DNA of 64,000 nt from an uncultured Spirochaetota bacterium (GCA_963734495.1 CAVTHK010000003.1:384001-448000), one strand, 5' to 3'. Positions 38,142 to 47,673 are shown, numbered from the stretch's first letter. Numbers and translations: made by a program. Notes: generated by a model not told the origin, from the sequence alone.

Positions 38142-38849
38142 CTACCTGTTCGGGTCCCAGGTGAGGGTCACGCCGAACTCGTTCGTGAGGCTCGTGCTCT
38201 CCGTGCTGGCCGACCCCAGCGGCGTGTAGAGCGTGCCGCGGTAGCTGGCTCCTACCGTCACGGCGTCGAGCCTGGACAGCACGCGCAGCCCCGCGGCCCA
38301 CGTCTGCTGCGATCTCGCGTCGTTCTCGTAGAGGTCGAAGCCGCTCTTCACCAGGCCGGTGATGTGCGTGCCGCGGACCGGCTCGTAGGTCGTCGAGACT
38401 CCGCCGGTGAGCTCCAGGTAGTCGCTGGAGTCGGTCGCCGGCGCGGGCTCGTCGTAGCTCACCCACTTGGACCGCAGCTCCGTCTCCAGGGTCAGCCTGT
38501 CGGTCAGGTCCACGGACATCTCGGGCTTGAGGTAGAAGTACCTGTAGTCGGCGGTTCCATCCTTGTAGTCCTTGGTCGAGTAGTACAGGGTCAGGTTCCC
38601 GACCAGGTCGCGCGACAGCTCCTCCTTGATGCGGAGGCTCACCGAGTTGCGCACGGAAGACGGCTCCAGCGCCGCCGCATCCTCGTAGTCGGGCTCTTCC
38701 ATGCCGATTCCTCCCGTGTACCGCAGGTAGAAGACCGGAAGCTTCGGCGCCTGTTTCGTCGGCTGCGCTTGCTGCGCCTGTTGCGCCTGTTGCGCCGCTC
38801 CCAGCGCTGCCGCGAGCAGAAACAGCCCGGCGACCATTACTTTCTGCAT
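38142..38849 (-). CDS. Secreted, probable outer-membrane beta-barrel protein
   Basis: Signal peptide, a QQA-repeat linker, alternating Tyr/Thr/Ser-rich amphipathic strands, terminal FGVTLTW. Confidence 0.65.
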   Translation of the reverse strand: MQKVMVAGLFLLAAALGAAQQAQQAQQAQPTKQAPKLPVFYLRYTGGIGMEEPDYEDAAALEPSSVRNSVSLRIKEELSRDLVGNLTLYYSTKDYKDGTADYRYFYLKPEMSVDLTDRLTLETELRSKWVSYDEPAPATDSSDYLELTGGVSTTYEPVRGTHITGLVKSGFDLYENDARSQQTWAAGLRVLSRLDAVTVGASYRGTLYTPLGSASTESTSLTNEFGVTLTWDPNR

Positions 38850-38929
38850 TCTCCGCCTCCGCCGCGAGTCTATGGGCGGCCGCCCGAATGTCAAATTCGC
38901 ACTTCGCGGCGGGTCGCGCCTCGCGGCGC

Positions 38930-39006
38930 TGAACGGATCAGGTTCACAGCGCCTCTAGTGAACCTTAAAGGTTCATTTGACAAGAAGTGAACCGAAAGAG
39001 TACAGT
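38930..39006 (+). promoter_or_regulatory. Three 17-bp palindromic operators at 29-bp period interleaved with a sigma70 promoter
   Basis: TGAACGGATCAGGTTCA (38930), TGAACCTTAAAGGTTCA (38959), TGAACCGAAAGAGTACA (38988); TTGACA 38977-38982; TACAGT 39001-39006. Confidence 0.8.
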
Positions 39007-39011
39007 GAATC

Positions 39012-39653
39012 GTGCCCTACCTCGTCGTGATTGGAGATGTGGTAGCGTCGCGTGCCGCCGACAGCAGGGGCGAGCTGCAACGCTCCCTGACGGACGTCAT
39101 CGGCCGCCTGAACGGGACCGCGCGGCGAAGGCTCGCGTCGCCCTACACGATCACCCTCGGCGACGAGTTCCAGGCCGTCTACAGCTCGCCCCGTGCCCTG
39201 CTCTCCGACTTCTGGCTGCTGCTCGAAGCGCTCCACCCCGTAAAGCTTCGCCTCGCCGTCGGAATCGGTGAGATCGTGACGCCCATCAATGAGCGTCAGG
39301 CCCTCGGGATGGACGGCCCCTCTTTCTACAGCGCTCGCGAGGCGATGGACGACCTGAAGAAGGAGCGCGAAAGCATCATCCGGATCGAGGCCGGCGCCGG
39401 CACCCTCGAGCTGTCGAATGCCGCCTTGCGCCTGGTCTGCCGCGTGATCGCGGGGTGGAAGCGCGACACGCTCTCGACTCTCGTCAGGCTCGCGGGGGGC
39501 CACTCGGTGGAAGAGATCGCGCGGCAGGCGAAGGTGACGCAGCGTGCCATCTTCAAGCGGCTGCGCACGAACTCCCTGCGCGAAGTGCTCGCCGTAGCGG
39601 CGGCGGTGGAATCGGACTTGGAGAAGGTCATGGTGAAGGCAGATGCGCGCTGA
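39012..39653 (+). CDS. SatD-family protein (cyclase/palm-like N-domain plus C-terminal HTH)
   Basis: IGDVVASR, YTITLGDEFQAV, RLAVGIGEI, MDGPSFYSAREA; HTH SVEEIARQAKVTQRAIFKRL. Confidence 0.88.
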   Translation: MPYLVVIGDVVASRAADSRGELQRSLTDVIGRLNGTARRRLASPYTITLGDEFQAVYSSPRALLSDFWLLLEALHPVKLRLAVGIGEIVTPINERQALGMDGPSFYSAREAMDDLKKERESIIRIEAGAGTLELSNAALRLVCRVIAGWKRDTLSTLVRLAGGHSVEEIARQAKVTQRAIFKRLRTNSLREVLAVAAAVESDLEKVMVKADAR

Positions 39654-40416
39654 GTATCTCTACCTCGCCTTTGTCGTGCTGCTCACGCGGGCCCTGCTGA
39701 GCTCCCGGGAGCGGCCCATGAGCCTGGGGCGCCTCGTTCTCCTGGTCCTCCTGCAGCTCGCCTCGCTCGCCGGGATGGAGAAGACCGCTGCGGTCGCCCT
39801 CGTGGCCGCGGCGATGACCGCGGTCAGCGTGGGCGCATTCGTGCTCGAGCCCCGCGAAACGCCGGACAGGGCACGCGACGCGTCGCGGAACCTGGTGCGT
39901 TTTGGCGCCGCGGTCCTGCTGCTCGTGGGCCTGAGCTTCATCGGCTCCCCCGGCCGGTCCACCGTGCGCTTCGCCGAATGGGCGCTCCGCGCGATCCGCG
40001 CGCTTGCCGGCGCGAGCGTCCTCCTCGGCAGAGTCGATGCCCGCGGCCTCGAGGCTGCCCTTGCGATCCTCTCGGGCGCCCTCTTCGTCTCGGTCGAGAT
40101 CAACAACCTCACCCGCTACGTCCTTCTCAGCCTGAAGGTGGCGCCGGCTGCCGCGGAGGGCGGGCAGGACAGGGGAGAGACTCAGCTTCGCCGCGGGAAG
40201 ATGATCGGGATCGTGGAGCGCCTCCTCATCTTCTACTTCGTGCTCACTTCGAACCTCTCCGCGATCGGCTTCGTGCTCGCTGCCAAGGGCTTTACCCGCT
40301 TCCGAGAGCTCGACGACCGCGACTTCGCCGAATACGTGCTCATCGGGACCCTGCTTTCCGCGGCGGGCGCCGTGCTGGTGGGTATCGTCACGAGCCTGGT
40401 GCTCGCGACGCTGTAG
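39643..40416 (+). CDS. Multi-TM membrane protein with DUF3307-like C-terminus
   Basis: GKMIGIVERLLI, AIGFVLAAKGFTRF, FAEYVLIGTLLS; start overlaps the SatD stop. Confidence 0.8.
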   Translation: MRAEYLYLAFVVLLTRALLSSRERPMSLGRLVLLVLLQLASLAGMEKTAAVALVAAAMTAVSVGAFVLEPRETPDRARDASRNLVRFGAAVLLLVGLSFIGSPGRSTVRFAEWALRAIRALAGASVLLGRVDARGLEAALAILSGALFVSVEINNLTRYVLLSLKVAPAAAEGGQDRGETQLRRGKMIGIVERLLIFYFVLTSNLSAIGFVLAAKGFTRFRELDDRDFAEYVLIGTLLSAAGAVLVGIVTSLVLATL

Positions 40417-40437
40417 CCGGGCGGCCGGAGGCGGGCC

Positions 40438-41118
40438 CTACGGCTCGTAGCGATAGCCGGCGGTGTGCACGGTGCGGATGATCACGGGGTTTTTCGGGTC
40501 GCGCTCGATGCGCTTGCGGAGCTGCGAGATGTGCTGGTCGAGGGTGCGGCTGTTGGGCAGGTGCGCGATGCCCCAGCCCGCGTCGAAGAGCGCGTCGCGG
40601 TCGAGCACGCGGCCGGGGGCCGCGGCGAACGCGCGCAGCAGCCGCACGTCCCGCACCGTGAGCCGCAGCGGCCGCCCCTCGCGGTAGGCGCGCAGCTCCG
40701 CGGGCACGACGCGCAGGTCGCCGATCTCGAACGGCTCGTTGCCGGTCACCGGCGCACGCGAGGCGCGCCGCGTGACCGCGCGGATGCGCGCCAGCACCTC
40801 CTGCACGCCGAACGGCTTGACGACAAAGTCGTCGGCGCCGAGCTCCAGGCCGAGCACCTTGTCGATCTCCTCGCCCTTGGCGCTGACAAAGATCACAGGC
40901 ACCGCGGGGCTCTGCCTGCGGATCCGCCGGCAGACGTCGTAGCCGCTCTCGCCCGGCATCATCACGTCGAGCAGCACGAGCGCGGGACGCTCCGCGGCAA
41001 AGAGCTGCCACGCGCGCGTGCCGTCCTCCGCGGCGACGACCTCGTAGCCTTCGGCCGTGAGGATCTCGACGAGCGCTTCGCGCGTGTTGCGGTCGTCTTC
41101 GGCGACGAGGACCTTCAC
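40438..41118 (-). CDS. OmpR/PhoB-family response regulator
   Basis: VLVAEDD, LVLLDVMMP, GLELGADDFVVKPF, SRTLDQHISQLRKRIE, IRTVHTAGYRY. Confidence 0.95.
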   Translation of the reverse strand: MKVLVAEDDRNTREALVEILTAEGYEVVAAEDGTRAWQLFAAERPALVLLDVMMPGESGYDVCRRIRRQSPAVPVIFVSAKGEEIDKVLGLELGADDFVVKPFGVQEVLARIRAVTRRASRAPVTGNEPFEIGDLRVVPAELRAYREGRPLRLTVRDVRLLRAFAAAPGRVLDRDALFDAGWGIAHLPNSRTLDQHISQLRKRIERDPKNPVIIRTVHTAGYRYEP

Positions 41119-42656
41119 CTGGAAGCCTCCTCGGGAGCGGCGGCCGGCGTCCGCAGCGTGACCACGAAACGCGCGCCCCGCTCGGAAGGGGCGGCCGACA
41201 GGTCGCCGCCGTGCTGTCGCGCCAGCTCCCGCGCGATCGTGAGGCCGATGCCCGTGCCCGCCACCCCGTCCGTGAGCCGGTCGGACAGGCGCACGAACGG
41301 CTGGAACACCCGCTCGCGGGCTTCGCGCGGGATGCCCGGTCCGCGGTCGCTCACCTCGACGACCGTGACGTCGCCCCCGCGCGAAGTGCGGATGCCGACA
41401 TAGCGGCCGGCGGCCGCGTACTTTTCCGCGTTCGAGAGCAGGTTGCCCACGATCTGCTCGAGGGCGTCGGGATCGACGAGGACGCGGTCCGGGGCCCCGG
41501 GCTCGAGCTCGACGACGAATCCCGCGGCCTCGAAGGCGGGCCGGAAGGCAGCTACCACGGCCGCCACAGTCTCGTCGACGACGCCCGGCCGCGGCGCGAG
41601 GGGACGGGCCGCCGCGCCCCGCCGGGTGAACGTCAGCACGTTGGCGATCAGCCGGCCGAGGCGCCTGCTTTCGTCGACGACGACCGCGAGCTGCTCCTTC
41701 GCCTTCGCGTCGGACTCGGGCAGCCTCCGCTCCAGCAGCTCGGCGTACAGCCGGATGTTGGTGAGGGGGGTCTTGAGCTCGTGCGACACCTGGCTCACGA
41801 AGCTCATCCTCTGCGCCGCCTCGCGCAGCTCGCGCGAGCTCTCGCGATGGAGATAGAACGCGAGGCCCGCCAGGGCGATGACCGCGGCAGCCATGGACGC
41901 GATCGGCGCCAGGGCCGTGCCGGCGGCGGCGGGCGCCGCCGGCGCGAAGACCTCGATCGTCCAGGACTCGAGGGGCGGGGAGAGGGCACGGCGGACGCGC
42001 GGGGCTTCTCCCGCGGCCGGAGCGGTGCCGCCCCACTGGAAGAGGACGCGGCCCGCTTCGGCGAGCACGAAGCGGCCCTCGCCCGTCTCGTCGGGCTCGG
42101 AGTCGGGCAGGGCCGCGAGGAGATCGGCGAGGAGCGCGGAGCGGCCGACCTCGGCGCCGATCACCGTGCCGTCCGCCTCTCTGCGCCAGAACAGCCAGTG
42201 CACCCCGTCGCCCCAGAACCAGGGGCGCCAGCCGAAGCCCGCGTCGCGCGATTCCGGGTCGGGCCGCCGCGCCACGCCGCCTCCCGCGAACAGCTCTCGC
42301 GTGCGCGCGACAAAGTCGCGCTCGCGCTCGCCGCCGTCCGCCGTCGGCCATGCGAGGGAGCCGTCGGCCGCAAGCACGAAGATCTGCCGCAGGAGCCTGC
42401 TCTCGCGCATCCGCTGCCGCAGCGTCCCCTCGCCGCGGTCCGGGAGCTGCAGCGCGGCGAGAAGCTCCGCCTCCCGCTCGCGCAGCCGCCGCGCCAGGCG
42501 CGCGTCGGCTTCGGCCGCGCGGAGCGCGAGCAGCTCGTCGAAGCGGCGCCTGCCCGCCTCCGCCTCCGCCGCGCGGATCCGTAACCCCAGCACCGCGAGC
42601 AGGGTCACGGGGATCAGCACGAGCAGGAGCAGGATGACGGTCAGGCGCTTCTTCAC
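41115..42656 (-). CDS. Membrane sensor histidine kinase
   Basis: Two TM segments; H-box FVSQVSHELKTPLTNI; N-box NLLSNAEKY; DRGPGI; GTGIGL. Confidence 0.94.
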   Translation of the reverse strand: MKKRLTVILLLLVLIPVTLLAVLGLRIRAAEAEAGRRRFDELLALRAAEADARLARRLREREAELLAALQLPDRGEGTLRQRMRESRLLRQIFVLAADGSLAWPTADGGERERDFVARTRELFAGGGVARRPDPESRDAGFGWRPWFWGDGVHWLFWRREADGTVIGAEVGRSALLADLLAALPDSEPDETGEGRFVLAEAGRVLFQWGGTAPAAGEAPRVRRALSPPLESWTIEVFAPAAPAAAGTALAPIASMAAAVIALAGLAFYLHRESSRELREAAQRMSFVSQVSHELKTPLTNIRLYAELLERRLPESDAKAKEQLAVVVDESRRLGRLIANVLTFTRRGAAARPLAPRPGVVDETVAAVVAAFRPAFEAAGFVVELEPGAPDRVLVDPDALEQIVGNLLSNAEKYAAAGRYVGIRTSRGGDVTVVEVSDRGPGIPREARERVFQPFVRLSDRLTDGVAGTGIGLTIARELARQHGGDLSAAPSERGARFVVTLRTPAAAPEEASR

Positions 42657-42675
42657 GCCGCGGTGCCCTTCTTCA

Positions 42676-43987
42676 CTAATAGCTCTGCTGCGTCTGGTTC
42701 GCGTGCTGGAGGCTGCGCATCTTCTTGCGCTGCGCGTCCCAGTCCGCCTTGTCCAGCGCCTTCGCGTCGGCCTCGTTCGCCGCGCCGTACGCCTCGAGCT
42801 CCGGAGCGGCCAGCGCCGAAGCGCTCTCGCGCAGCTGTCTTCGCGTTGTCCATCAGGAGCTGCCGGGCCTCGTCGACGCGGCCTTCGTCGCGGAGCTGGA
42901 CCGCCCGGTCGTTGGCCTCGGTGGCCTGCTGGATCACCACCGAGCTCAGCACCTTGCGGTCCGCGTTCTGGTCGGCGACCTCCCGCGAAGCCGTGTAGCG
43001 CACGCTCGCGCCGCCGCGCACCCGGTCCACCGACTTCGAAGCGGTGTCCGCGTACGCGACGTCGACCGTGGCGACGTCCCTCTCCTCGCCGGCGCGGCCG
43101 GCGGGGACCTCGAGCTCGAGCAGCAGGTACTTCTCCTGGCTGCCGTACAGCTCGTTCAGCGACGCGTACGCGCGCTGGCCCACGATGTCCGCTTCGCGTC
43201 CGACGATGCGGAGCGGCCGCACGCCGTCCGCGCACCGGATCTCGATGCGCACCTCGCGGGCGACGACCGAGAGGATGTCGCCGAGCTCGCGCTCGAAGAT
43301 GCGCACCAGGTCCCGCGAGCTCTCGACGAACGCGTGATTGCCGTCGCTTTCGGCGGCGAGGCGCACCATCAGGTCCTCGTTGTACCCGAGCCCGAGGCCG
43401 ATGGTGGTCACGGAGATCCCTTCCTTCTTGAGCGAAGCGCCGAGGTCCGCGAGCGCGCCGGGCGTGTCGGGGCCCACGTTGGCCAGGCCGTCCGACAGAA
43501 GGATGACCCGGTTGACCCGGTTGCGGTCGAGGAACTTGCGCACCTCGTCCGCGCCGCGGCTGACGCCGGCGAACAGCGCCGTGCTTCCTCCCGCGTGCAG
43601 CCGGTCGATCATCGAGCGGATCCGTTCCTTGTCCGAGGCCCGGGTGGCGGGAACGAGAACGTGCACGGTGTCGGAGTAGGTGACGACCGAGACGATGTCG
43701 CGCGCGTCGAGCATGTCGACGGCGAGAAGGGCGGCTTCCTTGGCCCGCTCGATCTTCTCGCCCTCCATCGAGCCCGAGCGGTCGAGCACGATGGCGACGT
43801 TGCCCGCGGTCCGGGTCCCCCGGTCCGCCGCGGCGCCGGTGAGCGAGATCCTCAGGTAGACCTTCGCGCCCTGCCCCGCGACCACATACGGGTTGGAGAG
43901 CGACACGTCGAGGGCCACGGGCCGGGCGTGCGCCGCGGCCGCGAGCAGGCCCGTGAGGAGCCCGGCAAGGACGGCTGTTCGTTTCAT
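42676..43987 (-). CDS. Secreted VWA-domain protein (YfbK-like); frameshift near 42840
   Basis: Signal peptide; MIDAS VLDRSGSM, GGSTAL, ILLSDGLANVG; the C-terminus ...LQHANQTQQSY lies in another frame. Confidence 0.88.
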
Positions 43988-44046
43988 GTCTTACCTCCCA
44001 AAGTGAGCGTTCACCCCAAGAGGTACCTCACGCCTCCCGCCGCATG

Positions 44047-44085
44047 GTGAGAGGGGCGTAAGAGGAGTGTAAAACAATTGTGAAG
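44047..44085 (-). promoter_or_regulatory. Four direct repeats at 11-bp period, candidate OmpR-family boxes upstream of the VWA/TCS operon
   Basis: GTGAG (44047), GTAAG (44058), GTAAA (44069), GTGAA (44080) on the plus strand. Confidence 0.6.
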
Positions 44086-44174
44086 AAGGCCGCCGCCCGG
44101 CGGCCCGAGCGCTGCCGCGTCAGTCGCCCCCTCCGGGGGAGAGCATACCCGACGCGGGGGCCTGTGTCACGAAA

Positions 44175-45362
44175 TCAGAGCGAAGCCCACTCCGACAGAT
44201 CGACGTCGGCCTCGTAGTCCACCCCGGGCACATCGAAGCCGTTGACGAGGAAGAACTCGTCGCGGTAGCCGCGCGCGTCCGTGATCTGGTACAGGTTCTC
44301 CGTGACGACCTGATTCCAGAGGCCGGCGATCTTGTCCTGGACCTCCGGATCCATCTCGAGATCGTCCATGCGGATGCGATCCTCATCGTCCAGCTCCAGG
44401 GGCCGGCCCGAGTGGAGCTTGTCGTAGAAGAGCCGCATCATCTGCTCCAGGCACCCCTCGTGGGTGCCCTTCTGCTTCATGACTTTGTAGAGCAGGGAAA
44501 TGTAGAGCGGCACGGCGGGGATGACCGCGCTCGCGCGCGTCACCAGGGCCTTGTTGACGGAGATGAGGCAGCGCCCGCCGACGGAGGCCTGCAGGCGCGC
44601 GTCGAGCCGCCGCGTGGTCTGCTCGAGGTGCTTTTTCGCGCGCCCGATCGTCCCGTCGCGGTAGATGCTGTGCGTGACTTCCGGGCCGATGTAGGAGAAG
44701 GCGAGCGCGCGCACGCCGCGCGCGAGCAGGCCTGCCTGCTCCAGGGAGTCGATCCACAGCTCCCAGTCCTCGCCGCCCATCACCTTGACGGTGCCCTCGA
44801 TTTCGTCGGGCGTCGCCGGCTCCATCGTGGTCTCGATCACCTGCTTGTTCTTCCAGTCGATGTTGCGCGTCGTGTAGGGGCTGCCGACGGGCTTGATCGC
44901 CGACGAGTACAGGACCCCCGTGGCGGGATCCGTGCGCCGCGGCGCGGCCACGCTGTACACGACCAGGTCCACGGGACCCATGTGGTCGCGCAGCTCCGCC
45001 ACAGCCTTCGTGCGCACCTCGGTCGTGAAGGCGTCGCCGTTGATGTTCCACGCCCCGACCCCGGTCTTCCGTGCTTCGCGCATCAAGGCCGCCGTGTTGT
45101 ACCAGCCCGCGGTCCCGGGGTTCCCGGCGGAGGCGGGTTTCTCGTAGAACACGCCCAGCGTCTGCGTCCCCGCCCCGAAGGCGAGCACGAGGCGCGTCGC
45201 CAGCCCGTAGCCGTTGGACGAGCCCACGATCAGGGCGCGGCGCGGCCCTGCGAACGGGCCGCGGGAGCGGATGCGCGCGATCTGCTGCTCGACGAGGCGG
45301 GCGCACCCGATGGGGTGCGACGTGATGCAGACGTTGTTGCGGACCTTGGGCTCGATCTTCAC
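44175..45362 (-). CDS. fabV: Trans-2-enoyl-CoA/enoyl-ACP reductase FabV
   Basis: HPIGC, GSSNGYGLA, GTAGWYN, INGDAF, TVKVMGGEDW, SYIGPEVT..IY..GTIGRAK, GTHEGCLEQM. Confidence 0.96.
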   Translation of the reverse strand: MKIEPKVRNNVCITSHPIGCARLVEQQIARIRSRGPFAGPRRALIVGSSNGYGLATRLVLAFGAGTQTLGVFYEKPASAGNPGTAGWYNTAALMREARKTGVGAWNINGDAFTTEVRTKAVAELRDHMGPVDLVVYSVAAPRRTDPATGVLYSSAIKPVGSPYTTRNIDWKNKQVIETTMEPATPDEIEGTVKVMGGEDWELWIDSLEQAGLLARGVRALAFSYIGPEVTHSIYRDGTIGRAKKHLEQTTRRLDARLQASVGGRCLISVNKALVTRASAVIPAVPLYISLLYKVMKQKGTHEGCLEQMMRLFYDKLHSGRPLELDDEDRIRMDDLEMDPEVQDKIAGLWNQVVTENLYQITDARGYRDEFFLVNGFDVPGVDYEADVDLSEWASL

Positions 45363-45549
45363 CTGCGGGAATATAGTGGCGGGGCCCCGTCCACCGTCAA
45401 TGCGTTTCCGCCCCCGACAATCGCGAATTGCGGAACGAAACGCGGCGTCGTGGCGGGGGCCGGTGGGGCGCTTGGGGAGTGCACCCGCAGTTGACCGAAG
45501 ATCCGGTCAACGCCATGATACGCCACGTCACGGTCGACGAGGAGACAAC

Positions 45550-46854
45550 ATGGCACTCAATGAGATCGCAGCGAGCCTGTACGCGTGGGACCTGGCGGAC
45601 GAGGGCATCGACCGCTGCCTCGACAACCTCCAGGAGCGGGCTTTGGTCAACTCGGCCTACCTGGTCGCGCTGATGCACCGCGAGAAGCGGCCTCTGCACG
45701 CCCGCTTCTACCCGCACAATCCCAAGCGCAAGTACTACTGCCCCGAGGACAGCCGGGCCTACTGGAAGCCGGACCTCTCCTGCTACGGGCAGACGCCGAT
45801 CAAGCCCATCACCTCGGAGCGCGACTTCCTCAAGGGGGTCGACTGGCTCGACGTTCTCATCAAGGCGGCGCGCAAGCGCGGGATGAAGACCGGCGCCGAG
45901 GTCTCGCACACGATCCTCGACGCCGAGGTGGCGAAGGCGAAGTTCTCCGACGTGCTGCAGCGTGACGTCTGGGGCGAGCCGATGGGCATCCCCAAGCGCC
46001 GCGTGCTCCCGTGCCCGAACGCCCCGGCGATCCGCGGCTACCTGGTGGGTCTCTTTACCGACCTGGCGAAGAACCACGACGTCGACTTCGTGCAGACCTG
46101 CCTGCTCCTGTTCGCCCAGGGCCGCTCGGAGTGGGGCGGGGGCGCCGAGTGGCAGCGCCTGCTCGACCTGGCGGCCGGCGGCTGCTTCTGCCCCTCCTGC
46201 GAGAAGGCGGCGAAGGCCGCGGGCCACGACTGGGACCGCATGGTGGCGGAGACCCGCAGGCTCGCGAACGTCGTGCGCCGCGTCAGCCTCGAGGAGCAGC
46301 ACGAGGCGGAGCTCCTCGACGAGAGCAACATGACGGCCACAGCCCTGATGCTTGAGAACCCCGGCTTCACCGAGTGGCTGCGCTTCCGGGTCGAGTCGGT
46401 GACCGGGCTCTTCAAGCTGATCCACGAGGAGACCCACAAGGTCAACTCGAAGATCGACTTCCGCTACAACACGCACACCGCGTACCCTGAGCTCTCGGGC
46501 ATCGACTTCAAGAGCGCGTACCAGTGGGTCGACTCGGTGCGCGAAAGCGACTACTCCGACCAGCTGGGCACCATCGAGGGGCTGGAGATCAAGCGGCGCA
46601 AGCTCCACAAGATCCGGCGCGTGCTCGGCGACAAGCCGATGCTCTGCGCGCTGGGCGTGCGGCCGAAGGCGACGCCGGAAGTGCTGCGGGCCGCCGTGAA
46701 GATCGCCCACGACTGCGGAAGCGACGGCCTGTCGCTCGGCCACTACGACGGCGCCACGATGGAGCGCCTGGTCGCGGTCGCGCAGGGCGTGCGCGAGGCG
46801 GAGGGGCAGGAGGTCGACTGGGTGCCGCCGTCGCAGCGCAAGCCGGGGCGATGA
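45550..46854 (+). CDS. Hypothetical glycoside-hydrolase-like TIM-barrel protein with Cys cluster
   Basis: GAGGAG RBS; SLYAWDL, DWLDVLIKAARKRGMK, LPCPNAPAIRGY, GCFCPSC, WLRFRVESVT, DGLSLGHY. Confidence 0.6.
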   Translation: MALNEIAASLYAWDLADEGIDRCLDNLQERALVNSAYLVALMHREKRPLHARFYPHNPKRKYYCPEDSRAYWKPDLSCYGQTPIKPITSERDFLKGVDWLDVLIKAARKRGMKTGAEVSHTILDAEVAKAKFSDVLQRDVWGEPMGIPKRRVLPCPNAPAIRGYLVGLFTDLAKNHDVDFVQTCLLLFAQGRSEWGGGAEWQRLLDLAAGGCFCPSCEKAAKAAGHDWDRMVAETRRLANVVRRVSLEEQHEAELLDESNMTATALMLENPGFTEWLRFRVESVTGLFKLIHEETHKVNSKIDFRYNTHTAYPELSGIDFKSAYQWVDSVRESDYSDQLGTIEGLEIKRRKLHKIRRVLGDKPMLCALGVRPKATPEVLRAAVKIAHDCGSDGLSLGHYDGATMERLVAVAQGVREAEGQEVDWVPPSQRKPGR

Positions 46855-47577
46855 GCCGGCGGGTGCTGATCACGGGCGCGAGCCGCGGGATCGGGCTGGA
46901 GCTCGCGCGCTCCTACGCCGCGGCCGGCGCGCTGGTGTTTGCCGCGTGCCGCAGGCCCGGGGAGGCGCAGGCCCTGCGCGAGCTCGCGGCCGCGCACCCG
47001 GGCAGGGTCGAGTCTGGTGGCGCTCGACGTGACGGACACCGCCTCGATCGCCTCCGCGGTCGAGGCGGTCGCGTCGAAGGCCGACGGCCTCGAGCTGCTC
47101 GTCAACAACGCAGGCGTCTACCCGGGGAGCGTCTCGGCGCAGCTGCCCGAGACCACTCTCTTCGGCTCGCTGGACGGGGCGGCGATGATGGAGGTGTTCC
47201 GCGTGAACACCGTGGCGCCGGTGCTGGTGACGCAGGCCTTTGCGGAACTCCTGCGTCGCGGGACCGCCGCACGCGTGGTCAACGTGTCGTCGGACGCGGG
47301 CTCGCTCGCGCGGCGCGACAAGGGGTGCAACTACACCTATCCCGCGAGCAAGGCGGCGCTGAACATGATGACGCGCTGCCTCGCCGGAGACTTCCGGCCG
47401 CACGGCGTCATCGTGGTCTCGGTGCACCCGGGATTCGTGCGTACGGACATGGGCGGTCCGACAGCGCCGCGCGAACCGGGCGATACGGTGCCTTCGCTCG
47501 TCCGCGTCATCGATGGGCTCACCCTTGCTTCGAGCGGCCTCTTCTTCAACTGGGACGGGAGTCCCGTGCCCTGGTGA
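46851..47577 (+). CDS. SDR oxidoreductase (C-factor/CsgA-like); frameshift near 47012
   Basis: LITGASRGIGLELA, LLVNNAG, YPASKAALNM, HPGFVRTDMGG, terminal VPW. Confidence 0.88.
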
Positions 47578-47673
47578 GCGCGTCGCCCTGGCGGCGCCGC
47601 GCGCCCGGTGGCTGACCGTTTCGCTTGTATTTGCGGTCAGTCGTTAGTACCGTTGGCGCAGAGGGTTGCGCCG

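Noticed and set aside
38760-38800. 9-bp tandem repeat encoding QQA-QQA-QQA
   Set aside because: A short low-complexity linker after a signal peptide. It is in frame, with no sign of phase variation.
38930-39004. Mini CRISPR array
   Set aside because: The units are 17 bp with 12-bp spacers, overlap a promoter and have no cas genes nearby. This fits an operator array.
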